Assembly: GCF_001194135.2 (NCBI RefSeq)
Contig: NC_068986.1
Span: 12,689,151 to 12,753,150, forward strand
Length of the DNA: 64,000 nt
Direction: 5' to 3'
Source of the DNA: Octopus bimaculoides
Lineage: Eukaryota
Shown in pieces: positions 41,100 to 53,146 of the stretch. The stretch's first letter is position 1. Each line of letters opens with the position of its first letter. The position numbers and the translations under genes are program-made. The notes below the pieces were generated by a model, which did no database searches, had not been told where the DNA came from, and saw only the letters and a list, made by a program, of their open reading frames with translations.

Positions 41100-41280
41100 A
41101 GAAAAAAAAACAAACGTGGGGACGTAGCACAAGCAATGTATTAGTACGACGCTCGGAGAAAGAAGAGAGTAATTTGTTTTGCGTTTCGAACTTAACTCTT
41201 CTTCAGAAACAGGAAAAACAGGAAAGTCCAAAGGGAAACAAGGAAGAAAGAGGGAAAAATCGCCAAAAGTCCACGTGAGG
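41100..41280 (-). repeat. Penelope-pLTR-like interspersed repeat with a degenerate minimal hammerhead core
   Basis: The minus strand at 41177-41211 reads gttt-CTGAAGA-agagttaagttc-GAAAC-GCA-aaac. Confidence 0.4.
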
Positions 41281-41419
41281 CTACATTTATAAGTTGTTAA
41301 ATTGTTAATAAGCCACTCATATTATTTATAGTTTTCACTTTTGCTGTTTCTGAAATCAGCGTATGATTTCAACGGTTTTCTTATAAGTTGACAAGGCAAA
41401 TTGAGTTTAAACCTAGGTA

Positions 41420-41493
41420 CAGTAAGAGCCACTGATGAGAATTAAGATGCTCTGCATCAAAATTCGAAATCACTGGTGATGTGGGTATGTCTG
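41420..41493 (+). ncRNA. Type I hammerhead ribozyme-like motif with extended helix II
   Basis: cca-CTGATGA-gaatt-aa-gatgc-tct-gcatc-aa-aattc-GAAA-tcac-tg-gtga-T-G-tgg. All helices pair, but position 17 is G (AUG) instead of H. Confidence 0.6.
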
Positions 41494-41656
41494 CAAAGGG
41501 AGTTTATCTCCCTTGTCAGTCATTAAGTTAGTGCTCTTATGGCTATTGAGTCGATTTGACGCTTATTTCTAGCAATGCCGATACCACTTAGTACTCGCTG
41601 TCACGTTAGTGACGTCTATAAAGTTGCCTTTGGGTTGTTAAATTTCTAATAAGCCA

Positions 41657-41703
<47 letters not shown>

Positions 41704-41715
41704 TTCTCAACCGTA

Positions 41716-42100
41716 TAGTTCCACGATCAGTTCCACTGTGTGGCATCTTGGTCAAATGTCTTCTGCTATATTCTCGGGCCGACCAAAGCCTTGTAAGGAG
41801 TGTTGGTTGACGGAAACTGAAAGAAACCCGTTATATATGTGTGTGCGCGCGTGTGTGCGCGCGTGTGTGCGCGCGTGTGTGCGTGTGTGTATGTGTGCAC
41901 GCGCGCGGGGGGGGGGGAATCGTATCCTCTTACAATTGAGAACCGGTGTTGTGATGTTTACAAGCCCATAATATAGCGGCTCGGCAAGAGAGACCGATAT
42001 AAAAATAACCGATACAAATAAGTAGGGTCGATTGGTTCGACTAAAATTCTTCAAGGTGTTACTCCAGCATGGCCGCAGTTTCATGACTGAAAAAGCAATA
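41716..42100 (+). mobile_element. SINE family B, both halves; internal microsatellite converted to (GTGTGTGCGCGC)n
   Basis: Core at 41716-41830, 12-mer tandem at 41840-41910, 3' half at 41940-42100. Confidence 0.8.
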
Positions 42101-43410
42101 GATAAATGATAAAAAGATATATCTCTAGGGAATCAAAACAGCCACTTTAATCTCGAGTCGAATGCTTCACAAATATATTCTTTCTAAAAATATACGATAG
42201 CCTTGCTTTCTACAGTTAACAAATCCGCATAAATCACTACTTTCTTTCATAAAACCCCAATAGAAACCACGTTTCTTTCGCTAAATCTTCAGTTTTATAT
42301 TATCTTTCTCTTCTATATCTTCACTTTCAGTTTTCTTTTGCCTTCTCTTCCTTTTTTTTTTTTGTTTGAAGTTTGAAGGCATGTTCCAAATTCTAAATAT
42401 TTTCTTTTCCTTAGAACATATCGTATATTTTGCATTTTTCAAATCTTAGTCATTTTATTTTTCATCCCTATCATTTTTCCCCCCTGCAAGAAAACTGGAA
42501 TAATCTGTTCATCTATTCACAAATATGAATTTTTAAAATATATAACTCTACAAAGATTCCCTGCAATGCTTATCAAAACTATTTTGATCTTCACCCGAAA
42601 TGATGTAATCACGGTAAACGAGATTTTGTATCGCTTGGGCGTTATTCCTATTTTTATATATATTTTCGTCTTACATTTTAGCTTACAATTCCCTTCTTCA
42701 ATCTATGCTACATTTACCTGCCTGCATACCTGCCTACCTACCTACCTACCTGCCTACCTACCTACCTACCTACCTACCTACCTACCTGCCTGCCTGCCTA
42801 CATACCTACCTACATAGATACATACATACATACATACATACATACATACGTATGTACGTACATACACACTTACAGACAGACAGACCGATGGTCATTAGCA
42901 CATAGTCATAGATTGATAGATAGATAGATATATAAATGCGTACATGTATGCGTGTGTGCCTGTGTATATATGTTGTATGTACAACATATATCCATATAAT
43001 ATAAACATAAATATATATACATACCTACATATACATACACACACACNNNNNNNNNNNNNNNNNNNNNNNNNNNNNNNNNNNNNNNNNNNNNNNNNNNNNN
43101 NNNNNNNNNNNNNNNNNNNNNNNNNNNNNNNNNNNNNNNNNNNNNNNNNNNNNNNNNNNNNNNNNNNNNNNNNNNNNNNNNNNNNNNNNNNNNNNNNNNN
43201 NNNNNNNNNNNNNNNNNNNNNTATGCATATAGTAAAGTTTATTTGGCAACAGAATGTGGCAGTCCTATACAGGACGATGTTACTGCTGTTTAGCCCCAGG
43301 AAAACATCTTTTCCAGCTGGCTACCGACACACTTTATGTCCTTATAACATGAGCAAGGTAATTTATCGCTCTCATCTCTAGCCTTCGTGATACTCACTCA
43401 CAGACCTACA

Positions 43411-43453
<43 letters not shown>

Positions 43454-44567
43454 TCACACACACACTCACACACACCTGCATGGCAATGGGAAGGTAATTA
43501 TCGAGCTCTGTCCTAGAACGGTACTTTATCGACCCTCAGGGATAGGATGGCCAAGTTGAGCTCGGTGCGATTTGATCACAGAACTACACCCAGTACTGTA
43601 ATATATGGCATAACGCACCCTGGAGATTCTGTTATACCTTTGTCATTGGGTTTATATTTGTCTTCGAATGTGAGTAACCATCCTGTAAACCGATCCTTCG
43701 ACCTACTTAACCTCCCTATATGAAATCACTTCAAATATATTTTACTTTCTGAGAATCTAGAAACTTCGAGAGAACTAAAATAATTCTTTTTTAACGATGG
43801 AACTCGAAGTGAGAACAGTTATATATAAAAACATGTAAACATTGGGTTTAAAACCCTTTTAGAAAGAAAAGAAAAGCAAAGCAAAGGTTTTCCATCTCAC
43901 TCGAACCCACATCTATAATCGTCATTTAAAAAAATTTTTTTTTGCTTGAGCCCCTCCGCGGTTATCCTCCATTCCCATCTCCCCCATGTCTTTACACCGT
44001 ACTAATATGATATCGAGACACGCCGTCTACATCACATATATTATAATGAACATGTTTACCAATCATCTGAGCATCTACTCAATAAATATGTTTTGTTTCT
44101 CGTCTATTTTCGGACTCTTCCTGAATAATTTCAACTGATTTCTGGTCACTACAAATTTTTTCTGTTAAATTCATTAAATCGTGAATTAATGTTTTATTAT
44201 ATTTTATTTTAATTTAGTTTTCTATCAAACGATTTCTTTTATCTGCAAAAATTTCTAATTTATTTGCGATTATTTTATTATTTTTTATATTATAAAATTA
44301 TTTTTTTATTAGTTTTATTCCGTCTCTACTTAGAGGATATACATTTTTTTGTTTCTTAATTTTTGGAATAACCTTTCAAACGATTCTCACATCTCTCCTA
44401 TGACATTTTCAATTTTCAAATGATTTCTTTAAATAATTCCTTGTTTTGATCCTACTGAATCGAAAAATATAAAGCAAGGAACACACACACAAACAGACAC
44501 TCACACACACTCAGACATACACATACACACACATACGCACGCACACTCAGAACAATATATTTAACAC

Positions 44568-44607
<40 letters not shown>

Positions 44608-44922
44608 TGTGTATGAGTACAATCACAATTTTAATTCTGTTTACGTCACATTGCTTCTGTAAATGTGCACGTATGTAGATGTGTATGATGTATGTATATA
44701 TATATATGTATATGTGTGTATGTTGTAGTAATAGGTACCTGAAAGCAATGTTGCGAATAAACAAACATTTAGCTCATATAAAGACAGAGAAAGAGTCAGT
44801 GTCTCGTTGCCATGCGACTGGATGAACAAGATGACCAAAAGTTTACGAAGCAAAATAAGTACTTTAGGTTGGATGTACGCATCATAACACCCATATTAAA
44901 AACAACAGCAGCAACAACATTA

Positions 44923-45138
44923 ATCTTTTCTACTAGAGGCACAAGGCCTCAAATTTGTTGGGAGGGGAGTAGTCGATTACATCGATCCCAGTGTTTCACT
45001 GGTACTTAATTTATCGACCTCGAAAGGATGAAAGGCAAAGTAGACCTCGACAGAATTTGAACTCGGATCGTAGTGTCGGGCGAAATACCGCTGAACAATT
45101 CGTCCAGCGCGCTAACGATTCTGGCTGCTAACCGCCTT
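44923..45138 (-). mobile_element. SINE family A
   Basis: Full-length reverse-complement match. Confidence 0.85.
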
Positions 45139-45181
45139 GGCAACAACAATAATAATGATTTCATTTAAGTATTAATTCTAG

Positions 45182-45222
45182 GGTGTGCCCTTTTAAGCTC
45201 ACCTACGGGACACAGCCATCTG
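45182..45222 (+). CDS. Candidate 41-nt internal exon (phase 1 to 0; xCALLSSPTGHSHL)
   Basis: ttaattctAG acceptor and CTG|GTGAGT donor. The end phase matches the phase-0 terminal exon at 58676. The acceptor is modest, so this could be chance. Confidence 0.3.
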
Positions 45223-45458
45223 GTGAGTGTTTTATCATACACGTGTCTGAGAAATCCGCGAAGAGCTGTTGAGATTTTATAATTGCAAACGAGAAGAAAG
45301 GAGTAAAGAAGTCTTTGTATTACATCAATTTATTATTGTTTCACCGCAATTCGATCTCATCTATCTTGCTATATTACAGCAAGATAAGCTGCAGTTCGTA
45401 TGAAACAATTGTAAACTGGTGTAATAACATGACTTTTGCTGTTCTTGTTTGTAATTAG

Positions 45459-45500
<42 letters not shown>

Positions 45501-45770
45501 CATAAGAAGGAACTGTCTTTCGTGTCAGTTCGCAGCGTCTGGCTTTCAGACCCCTGCTGCTGAAGAGTAGATAACTATTCCGAGGAGCACGCATCCAACA
45601 GTCTGGTTAGGCGGAGCTATGAGCTGTCTCGGTGTATTTACACCCATTTGTCCATAGCGAAAAGTCTCCATGACAAATTACAGTGAATTGCTTCCTTACA
45701 GATTCGAAGAAGGATATTTGAATTGGTTATAAGTTGTATCCCTCCACATCACTACCTACCGGTGTCACCC

Positions 45771-45808
<38 letters not shown>

Positions 45809-46036
45809 TCCTTTCTCAAAAGCATTGAACTTCATATTTGAGTTTCCGATAAACCTATAAGATGTTACTCAGGCTCTCATCTATGAATCCATTACATCTT
45901 ATGGTAAAAACAACTGTAAGCAAATGAAGTTTATAAGATAGTCGCTTATTCCCTTGTCACCTCAATATATATCGAGGTACGCCTCTTGTGTCTCGGAGAT
46001 AATTATAATGTTTTAATTTGTCAGCTGTATCTAATA

Positions 46037-47311
46037 TTAAGTTGTCCGGAAAGTTCTGAGCGTTTTTAAGCTAAATATTTTAACGCCTCATTGAACACAC
46101 CTGAAACGTAACATAGTTAAAATCTCGGCATTGCTTGAAGTGGTAGTTCATCTCTCCTTTGTTCCTAACTAAAAATAGATTCATCTTTCATTCCGGTTAC
46201 CCTTTATTGACATTTGAAATGGATCAGCAAAAATATCATATTCGCATTTAAAAAAAAAAAGGAGAAAATGCTGCAAAGACTTACAAAAACATTTGGGAAG
46301 ATTTTGGTGATGACGCGGTAGCTGAATCAAATGTTCAAAGGTGGTTTGAAAAATTTCAAGCTGGAGAGTTTAGCTTGGAAGATGACAGTCGCAGTGGAAG
46401 ACCTTCAAAATTGGATAAAGAAATTTTGAAAGCAAAAGTTGAAGGAAACTCAAATATCACGACTAGAGAACTTGCAGAGGAGCTGGAAGTTTCTAAATTA
46501 CGGCCCATGAACACCTAGTAAAGCTAGGATACATTTCTCGCTATATTGTATGGGTCCCTCACAAAATCTCAGAAAAGAACTGCTTGGACCGGTGTTCCGT
46601 TTGTGATATGCTTTTGAAATGGAATGAAAGCATACCCTTTTTGAAGCAACTTGTGAGTGGAGATGAAAAATGGATTATGTACGAAAAAGTAGTGCGAAAA
46701 AGATCCTGGAGTTTGCGTAAGGAACTCCCCCACTCCAAACGGCAACGAAAGACGAATATCCATGCCCAAAAAGTTGTGCTTTGTGTTTGGTGCGATCATA
46801 AGGACATTATTTATTATGAGCTTCTCCACAAAACCAGATCATTAACTCTGATGTGTACTGTCGTCAGCTGACTAATTTGAACCAAAAAATATCAAAGAAA
46901 TGAGGCCGGAGATTGCCAACAGGAAAGGGTTAGTGTTCCAAGAAGACAATGCCCACACACATGTATCTTTCGCTACCCAAAGTTACATGGACTTGGCAGG
47001 GTTTTCTTATTCCATCCACAATGTTCTCCTGATACAGCGCCATCCGATTGCCACTGGTTTTTGTCTCTACAGAACTCATTGCAATGAAAAACATTTAACG
47101 ATTTAGATAGAGTCAAAATGCATCTGGATAACTTTTTTTTTCAAAACCAGTCAAATATTACGTTGATAGAATATTTAAATTGCCTGATAGATGAGCAAAA
47201 GTCATTAATAATAATAGAAAGTATTTCATTAAATAAAATTTATGAAAAGGTCAATTATTTATATCCCTTTTTGCATATTCAAAAACGCTCAGAACTTTCC
47301 GGACAACCAAA
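46037..47311 (+). mobile_element. Full-length mariner (DD34D-type) transposon with pseudogenised transposase
   Basis: 31-bp TIRs (ttaagttgtccggaaagttctgagcgttttt / aaaaacgctcagaactttccggacaaccaaa) with TA on both sides; 1275 bp. Transposase from ATG 46219 with HTH region (VQRWFEKFQAGEFSLEDDSRSGRP), WVPHK, GDEKWI, EDNA and SPDTAPSD motifs, broken by stops and frameshifts. Confidence 0.95.
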
Positions 47312-47421
47312 TAGTTAGCACATGTGTGATAATGTTCACTTTTGATTATTTTTTCGTATATTATCTGCGTTATATACATGATATGCATATGCAATCGTAC
47401 ACACATGCACATGTAAACATG

Positions 47422-47464
<43 letters not shown>

Positions 47465-47604
47465 CTGTGTATGTATGTATGTATATATATGTATGTGTAT
47501 ATGTGCGTAAATATATATATGTGTGCGTGTGTGTGTTGTGTGTATGTGTATACAAATACACATTCCCTGTTCATATTTAAATATATGGATACACACGCGC
47601 ACGC

Positions 47605-47940
47605 ACATCGGCGTGGATGTGAGGTAAGAAGCTTGCTTCCCAACCAAATGGTTCCGAGTTCAGTCCCAATCTCAAGTCGACCAGACATGTGTGTAGATTT
47701 GGTTGGCGGAAACTGAAAGAAGTATATCGTATACATATGTAGATCTATGTATGTGTGTGTTTGTGTCTGTGCTTGTCCCCTTCCACAACGGGTGTTGACA
47801 ACCGGTGTTGGTTTGTTTAGAATAAGTAGCATGCTTTAAAAATGTAATGGGGGTCGATTCGTTCGGCAAAAAAAGTTTCAAGCTTTTTCCCCAGCATGGT
47901 CGCAGTCTAATGACTGAAGCATGCAAAAAATAAAAGGATA
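47605..47940 (+). mobile_element. SINE family B, both halves
   Basis: Head, core, short TA/TG tract and 3' half. Confidence 0.8.
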
Positions 47941-49951
47941 AAATTAGTTTGCTTTCGCTGTAACTAGCATCAGACACAAGTGCATAATATTCCTTTGCTG
48001 CACATTATGTGATATGCATATTTTGCACAATTTACACATTTTGCACATAACTCAGATAATACCTGATCAAAAGAAACACAAATGAAAATTATCAGGCATT
48101 CACTGACTACTACTTACGCCTGACAAATTCAAACATTCTTCTTACCACCCAGGCCCGCCAGACACACCTAGATCTTATCCATGACACCTACAGATATGAT
48201 AACAAACAACTGAAAATAATTATTAGTTGCCTCCGGTTCGAGCACACCCTAATTTTGACGATATTCAAAATTATTATAATTTCTCTTATTTACTGTCAAA
48301 TGCCATGATCGTTTCAACTGATGTTTATTTTCTTGAATAACTTTATTAGGTAAGGAAGGGCGGACCCCGTGGCCCTTTTTCTTGTCTTTTTTGATTGGTT
48401 GTGAGAATGCCAGATAATCCAGTCCTCCGCAGACTAAATATAAGCCAGAACTGATTCCTCGTAACGGAGCAGGTTCTAGTAAAGGCTGTCTATTTCTTGT
48501 TGGCGTCTCAACATCTAGTGATGTTTTGTTTCACCTGTGAAAAGAAACAATCCATCCGACAGGCTTCCATATAGTTTCTGTCCAACGGAAACTGAAAGAA
48601 GCCTATCGCATGTATACTTTTCTCGCTGTATTGCGTGTTCGTTTCCTTTTTGCATCTGTTATTCTATTATTGATCTTCTATAAAAATGGAGCTATTTGCT
48701 GCTTTTTCTTTACAATGAGAAGAAACATTGCAGAACTGTTATTTGAATGAGTTATATCTATTTATCATCAGAAGAGATACATCTACACCGTTGGATGCTC
48801 CTGAACCAGTTGTTAAGTATCCCACCCGTGAGAGATCGATGCTAGATGTACTGAAACAATTGTAGTGATTTTGATGAATTCTTGTATATTCCATCTTCCG
48901 TTTTTATTTTACCATACATGTATGTGCGTGTGTTTGTGTGTGTGTGAGCGTGTGTGTGTGTGTGTGTGTGTGTGAGCGTGTGTGTGTGTGAGTGTGTGTG
49001 AGTGTGTGTGAGTGTGTGTGCGTATGTGCGCATGGGTGTGTGTGTCTGTGTGTCTGTGTCTATGCTTTATCCTCAACTACGGCTTGACAACTGGCATTGC
49101 TGTTTGCGTCGCCGCAACTTAGTGGTTCGGCAAAAGAGAACGATAGAATAAGTACAAGGCTTCAAAATATCATAAAGTACTGGGATCGATTCATTCGACT
49201 GAAAATTCTTCAAGGTGGTGCCCCAGCATGATCGCAGCCTAATAACTGAAACTAGTAAAAAATAAGTAATGAAATGAAAAAGACATTTCGTTTGCATTTA
49301 AGGTTTTTTCGATTAATTTTTTTTTTTAATACAGTTTGCGGTAAATTGATTGACCACCAGGGGTGAAAGAATCCGAAATGTTTGACACTTAACCACTTTT
49401 TTTATTTTATTTTATTTGTGAAAGAGAACATATTGGGGCGATGTCTTTTTGAACGCAAGATTTGCGAACGAAAAAAGAAGAAAGTAGGGGTATGAGAGAG
49501 ATGTGGGAAGAGATGGGGAAAAGCAATTGAGAAGTGGTGTGAGTAGTGAGTGATATGAACGAAGGGCGAGGAAGTAAACATTGAGAACAAAGTGGTCGAA
49601 AGGGTAAAGTACGGATGGCGATGTAAAGTAAAGATGAATGGAGAAAGTGGTGCTTAGACATTAACAGCCAAGGACTTGCTAACAGTTACACGAAAGGGAG
49701 AAATGGGATGAAGAGGATGCGGATCGGAATTGAGATCCATACGGAGTGGTCGAGATGTGTGGTTAGTATCTAAACTAAGGAGCCAGTGGGGTTGGATGGC
49801 CAGAAAAGGTTAATAGTATTGTGAAGGGAAATGTGGAAGAGAGCAGTTTGCTTTAACTATACTCCAAGAGTCTGTACTTTTAGAAGAAGGAAGTCTTCGA
49901 TGTGACGTTCGAATCCTTGTGCAGAACTGACAATGATTTTAAATGCATGTT

Positions 49952-50185
49952 CCTTATTTCTTTATTGCCCACAAGGGGATAAACATAGAGGGGACAACGA
50001 AGGACAGACAAAGGTATTAAGTCGATTATATCGACCCCAGTACTCAAGTGGTACTTAATTTATCGACCCCGAAAGGATGAAAGACAAAGTCGACCTCGGC
50101 GGAATTTGAACTCAGAACGTAACGGCAGGCGAAATACCGCTAAGCATTTCGCCCGGTGTGCTAATGTTTCTGCCAGCTCGCCGCC
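49952..50185 (-). mobile_element. SINE family A variant with alternative 3' end and 15-bp TSD
   Basis: ttttaaatgcatgtt is repeated at 49937-49951 and 50186-50200. Confidence 0.85.
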
Positions 50186-50475
50186 TTTTAAATGCATGTT
50201 TCTAATAAGCTTTGAAACGGAAATCATTTGATTTGTTTTGGGCACTGGTTTAATTTGGAAGAAGGAACTGAGAACATTTCCTTCGAGAAAACTTCGAGAT
50301 GGGTGCGGCCAATACGGTTGATATCTCTATATTTTTGCAGTTTCGTTTCGTCTCCATGTCATGTTTATGATACTGTTACCGAACAACTGTAGTCTCTCTC
50401 TTATGTGAAACAATGTGTTCATCTCATAAGTTTACATCGGTTTGGCTTATAATTAAAGAGATTTATACATATATA

Positions 50476-50625
50476 AAACGAGCTTCTTTCAGTTTCCGTC
50501 CACCAAAGCCACTCACAAAACTTTGGCAGGCTCGGGGCTATAGTAGAAGACACTTGCCCAAGGTGTCACGGAATGGGACTGAACCCGGAACCATGTGGTC
50601 GGAAAACAAACTTCTTACAACACAG
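50476..50625 (-). mobile_element. SINE family B 5' half
   Basis: Reverse complement of the family B core. Confidence 0.8.
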
Positions 50626-51909
50626 TCATGCATCTCACATTTCCTGGCTTTCTCTTCATCCTCACCTCCTCCTCACTTTCACTTCACTCTGTCCTTTTCC
50701 TTTTTTCTCGCCCCTTTCCTTTTTTCTCGTCCCTCCCTAATTCTTCTATCCCTCTGACTCTACCTCTCTATCTTCTCTCTCCACGTTACCGGTGTTCGGC
50801 CAAGCCTGACCTTTCTTTCTTGGTTCGACTACCATCCGTGCAACATCTATATTTCTCGCTATATTCCACACACGCCAGCTAAATCTAATTCGTCTTTAGT
50901 CGAAAGTCACCTGTTGTTAATGTCCTTTATTTGCATTTGAATTTGTGTACCATTTCTCCGTTTTTTTCGTCCTTGCTTTCGTATACGTTCGTTGCTTTCT
51001 TCCAAGGAATCTATTGCTCTTAGCTTAGTTTTTCTTTGGAGCTGGCCAGATTGGAGCAACCTCACGTATAACCAGCTGAAATTGCAAAGATAATCTGGAA
51101 CTCGACTGAAGAAAACTCCGAATGACCGTGCTTTGTTTTCTTTGTATCGCCTGTCTGGATCTTTTGTTCTCCCTTTTTTGTATCAGCTAACTGTCTGGAT
51201 GTTTTGCGTTCTTGTCCCATTTTTGGTATTCCTTTATATATATATATATATATATATATNNNNNNNNNNNNNNNNNNNNNNNNNNNNNNNNNNNNNNNNN
51301 NNNNNNNNNNNNNNNNNNNNNNNNNNNNNNNNNNNNNNNNNNNNNNNNNNNNNNNNNNNNNNNNNNNNNNNNNNNNNNNNNNNNNNNNNNNNNNNNNNNN
51401 NNNNNNNNNNNNNNNNNNNNNNNNNNNNNNNNNNNNNNNNNNNNNNNNNNNNNNNNNNNNNNNNNNNNNNNNNNNNNNNNNNNNNNNNNNNNNNNNNNNN
51501 NNNNNNNNNNNNNNNNNNNNNNNNNNNNNNNNNNNNNNNNNNNNNNNNNNNNNNNNNNNNNNNNNNNNNNNNNNNNNNNNNNNNNNNNNNNNNNNNNNNN
51601 NNNNNNNNNNNNNNNNNNNNNNNNNNNNNNNNNNNNNNNNNNNNNNNNNNNNNNNNNNNNNNNNNNNNNNNNNNNNNNNNNNNNNNNNNNNNNNNNNNNN
51701 NNNNNNNNNNNNNNNNNNNNNNNNNNNNNNNNNNNNNNNNNNNNNNNNNNNNNNNNNNNNNNNNNNNNNNNNNNNNNNNNNNNNNNNNNNNNNNNNNNNN
51801 NNNNNNNNNNNNNNNNNNNNNNNNNNNNNNNNNNNNNNNNNNNNNNNNNNNNNNNNNNNNNNNNNNNNNNNNNNNNNNNNNNNNNNNNNNNNNNNNNNNN
51901 NNNNNNNNC

Positions 51910-52109
51910 TACTACTACTACTACTACTACTACTACCACAACCACTACTACTACTGCTACTACTACTACTCCTACTACTACTACTAACACTACTACTCCT
52001 ACTACTACTAACACCACTACTACTGCTGTTGCTGCTGCTACTACTACTACTACTACTACTACTGCTGCTACTGCTGCTACCACTACTCCTACTCCTACTA
52101 CTACTGCTG

Positions 52110-52140
<31 letters not shown>

Positions 52141-52365
52141 AAATAATAATAATAATTATTATTATGATAATAATAACAATAATACTGCTGCTGCTGTTGC
52201 AGCTACCACCACTAGTACCACTTATACTATCACCGCTGTGCTCACCACTAATACTACGACTATTATCACCACCACCATTACTACTACTACTGGTGGTAGT
52301 GGTGGTGCTGTTGTAGCTGCTGTTGCTACAGCTGTTATCGGTGCTGCTGCTGCTACCACTTCCAA
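51910..52365. repeat. Compound (ACT)/(GCT)/(AAT)/(GGT) trinucleotide microsatellite
   Basis: Directly visible, in-phase trinucleotide variants. Confidence 0.9.
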
Positions 52366-52644
52366 GACTGGATTTATTCCTGAAGGAAAGCATGAATATC
52401 ACATCACACCACCTCTCCACTCCACCCACCCCCCACACCCGTCTCATGAAGACGTATCACAAAAACAGAACATCCATCATTGATACGATTAGACAAGGCA
52501 CCTCGAGACTACGAAGCAAGGTTCACCTCAAAGTACTGCACCCGAACACATACATACACATACGAGCGCTCGCACACACACACACACTTACACATACACA
52601 CGCGCGCGCACGCACACACATACACATACAAACAAACATAGGTG

Positions 52645-52925
52645 AAATACGTGACTGTGTGGTAAGAAGTCTGCTTCCCAGCAACATGGTTCCGGGTTCA
52701 GTTCAACGGCATGGTATTTTAGGCAAGTGTCTTCCACATAACTCCAGGTCAAACAAAGTCTAGTAAATTGATTTGGTAGACAGACAGAAGACCGTCGCAT
52801 ATATACATAATTTAGCGTTTCTGCAAAAAAGAAGATACAATAAGTACAATCTCAAAAAGAAAAAAACTGGGTCAAGTCATTCAGCAAGAAATTCTTCAAG
52901 GTGCTGCCCCACTATGCCCAGTTTA
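52645..52925 (+). mobile_element. SINE family B, degenerate with internal deletion
   Basis: Head and core plus a truncated 3' half. Confidence 0.7.
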
Positions 52926-53031
52926 AAGGAGTCTAATGCGGGTCTTGTATGAGCATGTATATGTTAAATAAAATGAGACAACAAAGTCAAAGCTGTGTAG
53001 AATTTTCAGGACATTTATAAAGAGAAAGTTA

Positions 53032-53079
53032 GTCTTACAGCTGTTTCTGGGATGTTAGGGATATCCCTTCATCAGAGAT
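53032..53079 (-). ncRNA. Minimal type I hammerhead ribozyme-like motif (Penelope pLTR type), GUA triplet intact
   Basis: atct-CTGATGA-agggatatccctaacatccca-GAAAC-agct-GTA-agac. ACAGCTGT is palindromic. Helix I has 3 bp. An A.A apposition opens helix II. Confidence 0.65.
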
Positions 53080-53146
53080 GATGTGAGGTGGTTAAATAGA
53101 GGAAAATAACACTCTACTATTTCCCTCTATTTAACCATCTCATATC

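Noticed and set aside
49400-49930. Purine-rich block, possibly an ancient L2/CR1-group LINE on the minus strand
   Set aside because: Only faint motif resemblance and many stops, so it could not be assigned.
51060-51235. Possible PLE pLTR remnant with CTGAAGA
   Set aside because: No intact GAAAC or stems.
51910-52483. Thr-rich mucin-like frame ending ...KHEYHITPPLHSTHPPHPSHEDVSQKQNIHH*
   Set aside because: It is stop-free because in-phase ACT/GCT/AAT/GGT repeats avoid stops. Only ~37 codons are unique and the 5' end is in a gap. Not fully excluded without RNA-seq.
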